Shown here: positions 1 to 10,895 of the stretch, piece by piece | Layout: every line of letters starts with the position of its first letter | How positions within the stretch are numbered: position 1 is the stretch's first letter | DNA from: Octopus sinensis | Taxonomy: Eukaryota | Direction: 5' to 3' | Length of the DNA: 64,000 bases | Assembly (NCBI RefSeq): GCF_006345805.1 | Contig: NC_042999.1 | Span: 94,364,001-94,428,000 of the forward strand | Program-made: the position numbers and the translations under genes | The notes under the pieces: model-generated | The model's input: only the letters and a program-made list of their open reading frames with translations | Databases searched by the model: none | Told to the model about the DNA's origin: nothing

Positions 1-216
1 TGAAATATGTCGATATCTAGCATCTTTTGAAATTGCCTCTTTCAGTCGTTTGGTATGGTTGCTTTTTCACGTTTTTAACAATATTTATGCGTGTGTGTGT
101 GTGTTGCAATCGATCGATTGATAAAATTGGAGTATGAACGCACTTAAATCCTTATATTAAGCAACAGTGAGCAGATAAGAAATACATGTGATGCATGTAA
201 CCCATTATTACTATCC

Positions 217-488
<272 letters not shown>

Positions 489-491
<3 letters not shown>

Positions 492-745
492 ATACAAAAG
501 CCTAACTTTAGATACCTCGTATACTTGCTATCAAACAACAAATCTATCGCTAAGTAGTATCTTACGAATAAACTTAAATTTAATATCTAATAATATAGAA
601 AATTACGATAATTAGATCATTACATAAACAACGATATTTACATAAGGAAAATATTATTACACCAAAGACTTATAAAATATTAAAATTTACAATTTAAAGA
701 TCTTAAATATAAATAAATACTTATCTTAGCGATGTTTTGTAATGA
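489..745 (+). repeat. 257-bp direct repeat, copy A (copy B at 1954-2210)
   Basis: Constant offset of 1465 bp. Only two mismatches found by eye (664 a vs 2129 g; 733 t vs 2198 g). Confidence 0.95.
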
Positions 746-765
746 GAGAGAGATGTATGTATGTA

Positions 766-829
<64 letters not shown>

Positions 830-1196
830 ATATATAATAATATTAGGGAATAAATCCAAACTTACAGGGAAAAATTAGATTTAGGATTACATCCAATTTT
901 ATAGTATAAATATATTATATTATATTAGATTAGAGATAAAACCACTATTAGGCAAATCAAACAGTGAAAAACATAAGCCAATACAAAACATTAATTTTAA
1001 AATATAAAAGTTAAAAATAAAAAATTATTTAAATAATTTAAACTTATAAATTATATATATATATATATACAAATATATATGTGTATGTATATTTTTATAT
1101 TTATATATTATTTTATTAATTAATTAATTAATTAATTTATTTATTTATCTATTAATTTTTTTATATATATCAAACGTATTAAAAGATAAAGAGTAA

Positions 1197-1272
1197 AACA
1201 CTACGATCGTTTCATGGCTGTACCAATTCGATTTAATACTTCGAGTTATGGTTACAGTCAATCTTCAGGTTA
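1197..1272 (-). ncRNA. Type I hammerhead ribozyme motif HHR-1 (long stem II variant)
   Basis: Minus strand reads CUGAAGA (1268-1262), a 48-nt imperfect hairpin, GAAAC (1213-1209), palindrome ACGAUCGU (1210-1203), then A17 (1202), giving a GUA site. Stem I is only 2-3 bp and 10.1-11.1 is U-U, so activity is uncertain. Confidence 0.6.
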
Positions 1273-1953
1273 ATTGAAATATTTTTAAAATAATCAGAAA
1301 TATTTAAGCAATATTTTTAAGATATAAATAATATAATAATTTTACTTATAATAAACTCTATTATCAAACTAGAAACTAAAAACTTAACAATAATGATTAT
1401 ATCAAAATCGATTATAATGTTAAATATTAATTTTAATTTATAAGGTAGGAAACCCACCAATAATCTAAAATCGGCAAATAGTCTATATCTAATTACATAA
1501 ATATTTTTTTTTAAATAATTACTATTATATATAAATTATCAAAGAAAATATATAAATGTACATAAATATTATAATTAAAATTTAAAATAATCTCTATAAA
1601 TAAATATATATGCACATATAATAAAAACCTAATAAATTAATTTTTCATATTTAAAGATGAAATAGCTAATTTCAAAAATAGAAACAAACTTAAACGAACT
1701 TTCGGAAATCTTATCTAAAATACTTATAGAAATAATCAATTCGTAGTTAAATAGTATTGAATAAATACTATAAATATAATTATCAATGGGCATAACTAGC
1801 GAATATCAATTCCAAAAGACAATAACTAAGCTATGCTATTAAGTTAGACATGGCCTGGACCAATCTTTAGTCGAAACATATCTAAGTTTATCAAAGTTTA
1901 TCTAATTTTAATTATAAGAAATTTAAAACTACAATTAATACTATTAATACATG

Positions 1954-2210
1954 TATATACAAAAGCCTAACTTTAGATACCTCGTATACTTGCTATCAAA
2001 CAACAAATCTATCGCTAAGTAGTATCTTACGAATAAACTTAAATTTAATATCTAATAATATAGAAAATTACGATAATTAGATCATTACATAAACAACGAT
2101 ATTTACATAAGGAAAATATTATTACACCGAAGACTTATAAAATATTAAAATTTACAATTTAAAGATCTTAAATATAAATAAATACTTATCTTAGCGAGGT
2201 TTTGTAATGA
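1954..2210 (+). repeat. 257-bp direct repeat, copy B (inside the inverted-repeat element spacer)
   Basis: Matches 489-745 with two mismatches. Confidence 0.95.
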
Positions 2211-2669
2211 ACTAAAAATTTGAATCGGAAAAAGAATAAATTGTTGAAGAATTCATTAAGCGTGAGGAACAAATACGCTTTATCAATGAGATTGTGAATG
2301 GGAACATTAATAGTTTATCAGTGTAAATAGAATGAAGTCACAAATAAAGAATAAAATCACTCTATACTATAAGATTTATTAATAAAATAACTATGATAAA
2401 TAATACTTAATACAAAATAAATTAAATAATTTAAATGATTAAAAAACACTAATTATTAAATATATTCTAAACGTCTTATATAATTAATAAATATATAAAA
2501 CAATTTGTTTTATAGTAACCCCTCATCGTACTATAAAGTCTTTCACCATAATTGTTAAGTTTTAAGTTTCTAGTTTGATAATAGAGTTTATTATAAATAA
2601 AATTATTATAATATTTATATCTTAAAAATATTGTTTAAATATTTTTGATTGTTTTAAAAATATTTCAAT

Positions 2670-2765
2670 TAACCTGAAGATTGACTGCAATCATAACTTG
2701 CATTATTAATTGAATTTAAATTATTGTTATTCGAATTGGTACAGCCATGAAACGATCGTAGTGTT
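2670..2765 (+). ncRNA. Type I hammerhead ribozyme motif HHR-2 (long stem II variant)
   Basis: CTGAAGA 2674-2680, 68-nt stem II region (20 nt longer than HHR-1), GAAAC 2749-2753, palindrome ACGATCGT 2752-2759, A17 at 2760. Weak stem I. Confidence 0.55.
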
Positions 2766-3047
2766 TTACTCTTTATCTTTTAATACTTTTGATATATTTA
2801 AAAATAATAATAATAATAAATAAATTAATTAATTAATAAAATAATATATAAATATAAAAATATACATACATATATATATATATATATATTTGTATATATA
2901 AAATTTATAAGTTTAAATTATTTAACTAATTTTTTATTTTTAACTTTTATATTTTTAAATTAACTTTATGTATTGGCTTATGTTTTTCACTGTTTGATTT
3001 GCCTAATAGTGGTTTTATCTCTAATTTAATATAATATAATATATATA

Positions 3048-3100
<53 letters not shown>

Positions 3101-3196
3101 ATATATATTATCGTATGACATGACTATATATAAATTAACAGAATGAGATAGAAAATCGATGGCTGTAAATAGTTTTCAGAACATTTATAAAGTGAA

Positions 3197-3246
3197 CATC
3201 TTACAGCTGTTTCCGAGATATTTTATATATCCCATCATCAGAGACG
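3197..3246 (-). ncRNA. Minimal type I hammerhead ribozyme HHR-3
   Basis: Minus strand: CGUCU-CUGAUGA-UGGGAUAU(AUAAA)AUAUCUCG-GAAAC-AGCU-GUA-AGAUG. It has a 5-bp stem I (one G-U), 8-bp stem II, palindromic stem III ACAGCUGU and a fully canonical core. Predicted cut between 3202 and 3201. Confidence 0.85.
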
Positions 3247-3412
3247 GCGCGAGAAAATTTTTAAGTAATGGTTATTATAGAGAACATATGAAATACAGAG
3301 GGAAAGGATTGAAAATTTCCGTACGTATCTCACGTCTGTTGTCATTCCGCCACTTCACTCTGCATTTCATATCTTCTCTATAATAACAATTACTTAAACA
3401 TTTTTTCGCACC

Positions 3413-3460
3413 GTCACTGATGATGGGATATATAAATTATCCCGGAAACAGCTGTAAGAC
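3413..3460 (+). ncRNA. Minimal type I hammerhead ribozyme HHR-4
   Basis: GTCA-CTGATGA(3417-3423)-TGGGATA(TATAAAT)TATCCCG-GAAAC(3445-3449)-AGCT-GTA(3456)-AGAC. Canonical core and palindrome ACAGCTGT, but an A-A mismatch at the first stem I pair. Confidence 0.75.
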
Positions 3461-3680
3461 CTTGTCAATATAAATGTTCTGAAAACTATTCACAGCCTTG
3501 GATTTTTTATCTCATTCTGTTAATTTTTATATATATGCTTGCTAATAGACGACCTACTTGGACTCCTCATTTGTATCATTATCGAATCTGGAGCTTAACG
3601 GTAGTCTGTCCAAAGCATTTACTCTGTATTACCTGATACCTTTGGGTTTCCTTGACACCAATACCTCTCATATATATAAA

Positions 3681-3910
3681 GGCGGCGAGCAGGCAGAAAC
3701 GTTAGCGCACCGGGCGAAATGCATAGCGGTATTTGGTCTGCCGTTACATTCTGAGTTCAAATTCCGCCGAGGTCGACTTTGCCTTTCATCCTTTCGGGGT
3801 CGATAAATAAAGTACCAGCTTCGCACTGAGGTCGATGTAATCGACTTAACCCCTTTGTCTGTCCTTGTTTGTCCTCTCTATGTTTAGCCCCTTGTGGGCA
3901 GTAAAGAAAT
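3681..3910 (+). mobile_element. tRNA-derived SINE, family B
   Basis: A-box-like ggcagaaacgttag, B-box-like gagttcaaattcc, body gtcgactttgcctttcatcc shared with 7490-7642, 32942-33146, 38488-38625 and 50239-50556. Confidence 0.85.
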
Positions 3911-4040
3911 GTTTATATACACAGAGACAGATAGCTAGACAGACAGACAGACAGATAGATAGATAGATAAATAGACAGACAGACATACAAACTCTCTTTA
4001 CATGTTGCGCACACATCCCTAAAGATGTCCCTACATTAAC

Positions 4041-4073
<33 letters not shown>

Positions 4074-6668
4074 ATATATATATATGCATGTATATCAATA
4101 TGCATGCATCATCTCGCAAACACTATACGTTCATGAACACAACTTTTTTTTGTTTACTAATAACTTCTATGTTTATGTTACAGACAAGAATTAGGTTCAG
4201 TAATCTCATTAAATTTTGAGAGAGTAATTTCATATTTACCTTAAAAATTTTGAAGATTCCGCGAAATTAATCATCACCAAATTCTTTGTCTCCTCTTTCT
4301 ATATATTGAAAAGTAGGTGTTTCATGTCTAATCTTTCCATTTTTTTCAATACCCCAATGCATTGCTGATGCTATTCCCAAGGCACGATTACGAGAATATT
4401 AAATCTTCTCACCTTTTCCATGATTAGATATTGTGTTCTGCTGAAAAACGTAATATTTTTTACTTTTCCATTATTATATCCTAATTCCAAGCATTTTATG
4501 CATGAATCTACGTTGATGTGTTTTGAAATAAAAGAAAGTCTCACCAGTGTGATTCTTAGGTTTTTTTTTGCTAAGCAAAGCAAGTGAATTATATATGCAC
4601 GTAATCTTTTATAGTTTTCCTGGGCATAAATTTACGAAATATAACCCATCACAATAACACCTTTAACGTTGGTTTGTATTAGTAGGTGTTAAGTTTGAAA
4701 GTTGGCAGAGTGAAGTGTAAAAAGTAGCTTCATTTAAAGTACGAAAGGCGTACTTATGGGGATAATGTCTCATAACCTGCGTTTAACACCAGAGAGGTAA
4801 TTTGTCATAGACGGTTTCATACAATGTTTATGAACAACTAAAATTCGAAGCACAAATCTAACACAAATATGTAGTCGTTTCCATTTCCTAAGCACGAAAG
4901 ACTTCGAAAGAAAAACAGTAAATAATGTTTTCACAAATGTAGAAAAAAAAGCGTTGTAGCTTTTCATCTATATTTCCCCGTTGGCCGTTAAATATTATTT
5001 AACATACAACGATTATAAATATATAGAATGTGTTTACTTGATTAAAATGACATCAATATACGAGTGAAACACATTCACCTAGAAAAAAGAAAACTAAACA
5101 TTAATCAAGCAGGTTTATAGGAGAAAAGTTCTCTAAATTGCAAGTCTCCAATACGCATATTTTGCCATTATAATATTCATGCTTCTTGCTTGCTCGATTA
5201 GAGAAAAAATGATCTTGTCAGAAATTCGGTTTATAGCGAAAAACTACTAAATTAGATGCCAATAGCAATTTAGTGTCGTGTTCTTTTATTTGTATCAATT
5301 CAACTATTTCTTTTATCAGTAAAATTAATTTAATTTCCTATGAAATGGAGATATTAATGAGTTTTCAGGAATATCTTTATACATACGTGATGACCTGCCC
5401 AGAACAAACTTAGAATTCAATTAACAATAAATTACGTAAATGAGTTTTTTTAGAGAATTTGTTAATTTTTCATAACAGCATATACTGCAGACTTTAGTGA
5501 ACTGAACTCTGTTCAATAAATTGGTGATACATGTTTCATGAAGAAAAGAGAAGGTGAAAGACAATGTCACTGAGCACAATTTAAATTTTATCGTAGTTAC
5601 ACGGACATTGACGGTGCATATCGTGTATGCAAGGCTCTAATATCCCAACTAAAAACTAGGACAACTTGGATATTACGAGATATATTCGCCTCGACATAAA
5701 ATATAAGTAAACGATACAAACAACTTCTTACAAAATATTTTCAAACAAATTTTTGAGTTTGGTAAGATAAAGAAAATGTAGAAGTAATATTTATTTTGGT
5801 TTCTTTCATTTTAATAATCTGAAGTTGCATCCTAGAGCAATAATTTAATGTGAAGCCTTCGCAAGAAGAATTTTTCAGTTTTGATAATTTACACTGAAAG
5901 GTTTTAGTTTTCTAAATACAAAAAGAAAAGCAAGAAAATATAATTTTGTCATTTATGATGTTTGAAAGACAAAAAAATGCAAGCGGATAAACCACAGAAA
6001 TTTTAAATGGTGGATGCCAAAAGCATCTATTTGCAAATATTCAGTACACACACACAATCACGCACACACACATACACACGTGCAAGGATGCTTAATACTG
6101 TATGCGTATGCACACATACGCGCACTTATCAAATTGTATATTCTGTATATGTATGTTTTCACACCAGCATAAATATGTGTACGGGCACATGCACGAGGAG
6201 ATACGTTGAAGCATTAATTTCGCTTGATATTTGGAACTTGTGTGTGAGTGTGTGTGTGTGTGTGTGCGTGTGTGTGTGTGTGCGTGCGTGTTTGTGTTTG
6301 TGTGTCTCGATGTATGGAAATATATAATATATATATATATATATGTATATATATACGTGTTAGACACACACACATGTATGTATATTACGTATATTAATAC
6401 AAGCTACACAAAACTCGCGGCTGTATGTATACGTCTGTGTTTATTATATAAATGATTGAACACAGACATATACATAATAGATTTTTAAAAAAAAAAGTTT
6501 TTTCTTTTACATTTGCTGTCATCTTTATTTAGAGAGAATTTCTGGAACATAATTCATACATCATAATCCTCTTAATAAAATTTGCTTACTTGCCTTGTGC
6601 ATCCTCACATTCTATATATGCAGGCACACACAAACGCACACACGCACGGCATGGGCATATATATATTG

Positions 6669-6714
<46 letters not shown>

Positions 6715-6790
6715 GTGATTGTGTATTTGTATTTGTGTGCGTGAGTATACATGTATATATATACATATACGTATATAGCACTTATATGTC

Positions 6791-6830
<40 letters not shown>

Positions 6831-7489
6831 TATATATGCGATCGTGTGTCCGCGTCTGTATATCCCAGTATATCTCCCTCTATGTTTGCTTACGTTTATG
6901 TTTGTACGTGTGCATGTTTGTGTGTGTTTTTGCGTGTGTTTGTGTGCTGTGTATGTGTTTGTGCGTATGTGTGCGTTTATTGCCCTACAGAAAATACAAT
7001 AATGCGTACGAACATTTGATTTCTTATTGTTCATACTTATATACATTTAGAGAAATTAATGTTTTTTTTAATATTATCATATGACATGACTACTGTTTAT
7101 GACGCCTAGCTCATTATTGTAAATGACGGTGAAAATTACTTGAATGTAAATCTTTAATTTATCGGTACGGGCCAAAATTCACATGTGAGTGGATTTGGTG
7201 CTTTTGTATGTAAAGAATTTCAAGAAACTTATTTTAAGCATTCTAATGTTAATCCTTTAATTAATTTCATTGTGTCTCTATGAAATGTTTCTTATGGGTG
7301 TGTCTTTGTTTAAATTTTCAAGAAAGCTCAAACGGCCCAAAATGCTTTCCTCTATTATTGCGCTCAAACGTTACTTCAAGTACTTCGCATCATTTTCTCC
7401 GTAGTTATTTATGTTCTGAATTTCAAATTGCGCCGAAGTCGATTTTGCATGTTAACTTTTCGTGGGAGAGTGGTAAGTCGCTTATATCA

Positions 7490-7642
7490 ACGCAAGTATT
7501 CATTTTGTACTTATTTTATCAAACCCTAGCGGGACGAAAGCTAAAGTCGACTTCGATGGAATTTGAACTCAGAAAGTAAAAGTGGACGAAATACCGCAAA
7601 ACATTTTGCTTGGTTTGATGAAACATTTGCTAGCTTTCCGCC
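7490..7642 (-). mobile_element. tRNA-derived SINE, family B (5' part)
   Basis: Reverse complement aligns to the head of 3681-3910. Confidence 0.75.
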
Positions 7643-7650
7643 ATCAGAAC

Positions 7651-7780
<130 letters not shown>

Positions 7781-8718
7781 CTAATGGAGGAACTGAAACA
7801 GCGCCTCATTGCAAAGAAATCAAAGAGGATAAGATACCACCAAAGAGCGAAGGGTTACTACCAGAATAGTTTATTCAGAGTAGATCAGGAGAGATTCTAT
7901 AAAGAAATTAATGAAGAGTGTACAGATGAAAAGTTGATACCAGACAACATGGAAAATCAAAGGTTTGGAGTCACATCTGGGGCAAAGCAAGGAGCACAAG
8001 AAGGATGCTGAATGGTTACAAGAACTGAAACCAACAGTAGCCTGTCCAAAACAGGCAGAACTAGTCATTTCAGTTAGGGAAGTGAAAGAAATCAGCAAAG
8101 AAAATGAGCAAATGGCTCCGACACAAGATGGAGTTCAAGGCTTCTGGAGCAAAAGATTTGGTGAATGTCATGCTGCGCAACTCAACACCTTGTTAAATGC
8201 CGACCAAGTAATACCATAGTTGTTGACATTGGGTAGGACAGAGCTATGTCTAAAAACATTGAAAATGCAATACGGCAAACAATTACAGGCCGATATCCTG
8301 TTTGCTACTTATGTCGAAGTTATTGACTGAATACACACAGGGTCAATGTACGAACATCTAGACAAATGCAGTCCTGCTACATGAGGAGAATGGTTGCAAG
8401 CGTAAGTACAGAGGTACCACGGATCAGCTCCTGATAAACAAAACTGTTCTTAGAGAATACAAGAGAAGGAAGAGTAACTTAGCATGTCAAGGATCGAGTA
8501 TCGTAAGCCGTACGATATGATCCCACATTATGGAGTGTATGAACCTATTTGGTATTGCATCCAATATTGAGCGATTGTTTGGAACAAGTATGGCGAATTG
8601 GAGGACGGACTTGACAGCATATGTAAGAAGTTTAGGAACAGTATAAATTAGGAGGGGCATCTTCCAAGGTGTCTGCCTGTCCCCACTGATCTTTGTACTG
8701 TCCTTGATACCACTAACA
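7781..8718 (+). mobile_element. R4/Dong-clade non-LTR retrotransposon, decayed RT region
   Basis: Translated pieces: MEELKQRLIAKKSKRIRYHQRAKGYYQNSLFRVDQERFYKE, NYRPISCLL, YRKPYDMIPHYG, IRRGIFQGVCLSPLIFVLSLIPL. Frameshifts and stops present. Confidence 0.85.
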
Positions 8719-9600
8719 CTAACAAAAGCGTAATGGGGAGAGGGAGTCACATTGAAATAGGCTTCGTTTGATGTTGATGTTATTAGTTTCGCTCATCCCA
8801 TTATTATGGTTTAGAAGGAGACGTGTTTTCCACTTGGCCATGGTACCTTGTAAGAATTTGTAGATGACAGGATATTTCTTGTATACCCCAACGGCCCTGA
8901 GTATCCAATTATGTGGAACACTATCAAACACTTTCCTATATGCTATCCATGCCATACTCAGATACTTTTTGCTCCGGCAATCCTCTATAATCATATTACT
9001 TATGATACAATCATATTACTTATCGGTAATTGGTCTTTGCACCCATTAAATTCCTTATACAACCTTTTTGATCTTGTGGAAGGGTAAACGTATGTTCAAA
9101 GAAAGCGTATATTGTGTCAGTTTATATGGATTTGAGACTCTCGTAGATGGTACTGTGACATGTTAGTGGTCCGTAGTTCTTTGGGATTTTTTGCGTCTTC
9201 AGTTTTTGGTAGGAAGTATGTGTTGTTCCTTTGGTTAGCCAAGCAGGTATTTGCTCTGGGTTCTGGAGGACATCAGTCAGATATGAAATTTTGATGTAAT
9301 TCTGTCGAACAATTTAGCCAGAATTTAGCAATAGTCCTAGTGTTTTCCATTTGTGAGATATCCTAAGAACACATCTTAGCACTTGTATATCTACTGACAC
9401 CTATTTCTGCTCTTCAACTTATCCAGTCTCTCTTTCTCGTGCTCTATCCTGTCAGCTTTAACATTATATTCTTTATATTCTTCCAGAACTCTTCCATTTC
9501 CTCACTCTTAACTAGGTCCTTTTACTTCTATTTTACTTTGGCCAATTTCCCTATAACATTTCTTTGCATCCGTCTCATATCTTGTATTGTCGATACAATT
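8719..9600 (-). mobile_element. R4/Dong-clade non-LTR retrotransposon, decayed RT region (different subfamily)
   Basis: ORF 8719-8994: IIEDCRSKKYLSMAWIAYRKVFDSVPHNWI...IKRSLFQCDSLSPLRFC. CKDQL motif and an EEFWKNI-like segment upstream. Confidence 0.85.
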
Positions 9601-9609
9601 TTATTCTCC

Positions 9610-9741
9610 TCCTCCATCTTCTTCTTCTTCTTTTTTTTTCTGCTTCTGCCGCTTCTGCTGCTTCTGCTGCTTCTGCTGCTTCTGCTTCCTCTGTTTCTTC
9701 TGTTTCTTCTGCTTCTTCTGCTTCTGCCTCATCTTCTTCTT

Positions 9742-9831
<90 letters not shown>
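9610..9831. repeat. Compound (CTT)n/(CTGCTTCTG)n/(TTA)n array
   Basis: Directly visible. Lies at the 5' edge of the minus-strand R4/Dong fragment. Confidence 0.95.
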
Positions 9832-10372
9832 TTGATAGACATATTTTCTGCTCATTCTACAGGATTACATACATGGATGGATATACAGCTTGGAATTAAT
9901 GCTTAATTAAAGGATAACATACGGCATGAGGTAAGAAATATTTTGGTTTTATTTACACCCCTTTTATTTAGACGCATTTGACACAGTTTGGCGATCATAT
10001 TATACATATTCTAAAGTGTGTAACGGTTAGAAATAAATATAAACCAAACGCACAATTACGTGCACACACACACGTTCTGTGTGTATGTGTATGGATGTGC
10101 GTGTGTGTGCGTGTGTGTGTGTGTGTGTGTGGTGTGTGTGTGTGTAAGTATTTAAAATTGAGTATACACTTGGTAATATGCTGTTGAAAGCGCGTTCAGT
10201 ATCTTCGGTTACATGATGTCTTCGGCAGTATGGATATAGGTGTCATTGAATTTACTTCAGGAATCCGTCGAGCATATAACAAATGAGAAAAAGAGGAAAT
10301 GAACACTCTCTATTAATCACAGTGATCATTTCAACCTATCTTGCATTGGTCCCTCACGTGTGAAGATTTTTG

Positions 10373-10895
10373 GTTGTGGTGCGTCATTTTGTGCAGATGT
10401 GTCCTGTCAGTCGACTATTCAAAAGTTAACTCGTTAAATAAACTACGATTCACTTAGTTCGAATAAATTCATATTTTATTAGTTGCCTGTAGGCAGCTGT
10501 GCACGAGTTATCATTGTATGGAATGTCATGGAATGGAGTGCAGTTCATTTTAATAGATAATGGACCTACTTATAGTTAATTATAAATGAAAAACGTATAT
10601 AAGAATAAAAATTTAAAGGTATATTTATCTGAAATATATTCAATTTTCACTTATCTATTTTCATACTTATATAGGTATTTTATTTATGATTAACTATAAG
10701 TAATTTCATCGCCCATAAAACTGTACTCCTTTCCATGTCATTCACAACCACAATATCCGTTTTACGCAACCAGCTACAAGCAGATAGCGAAATGTATTAT
10801 AATCGACTAAACTAAGTGAAACCGAGTTTATTGAGCGAGATTCATTTGACAGTCACTTAATGGAACACGTCTGCACTGAATGGTGCACCACAACC
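10373..10895. mobile_element. About 520-bp diverged foldback / MITE-like palindrome
   Basis: ggttgtggtgcgtcattttgtgcagatgtgtcc (10373) pairs with ggaacacgtctgcactgaatggtgcaccacaacc (to 10895). Complementarity continues inward (tacttatagttaat..tatataag) to about 10613/10650. No clear TSD. Confidence 0.7.

Larger units (their letters stand above)
841..3042. mobile_element. Non-coding inverted-repeat element, probably Penelope-like (inverted pseudo-LTR pair); arms about 912-1395 and 2547-3042
   Basis: Arms are diverged reverse complements (e.g. gagataaaaccactattaggcaaatcaaacagtgaaaaacataagcc versus its complement at about 2975-3021). Each arm holds a hammerhead core. Flanked by (TA)n on both sides. 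No ORF or GIY-YIG motif recognised in the spacer, so the PLE assignment rests on the hammerhead type. Confidence 0.6.
3132..3526. mobile_element. About 395-bp near-complete palindromic (foldback) element with two hammerheads, probably Penelope pLTR-derived
   Basis: 3132-3300 is the imperfect reverse complement of about 3358-3526 (termini aaattaacagaatgagata / tatctcattctgttaattt). TA runs flank both sides. Confidence 0.75.

Noticed and set aside
489-2546. AT-rich stretch as a mitochondrial insertion or GIY-YIG ORF
   Set aside because: No mitochondrial gene or GIY-YIG motif could be read, and the frames I translated are broken by frequent stops.
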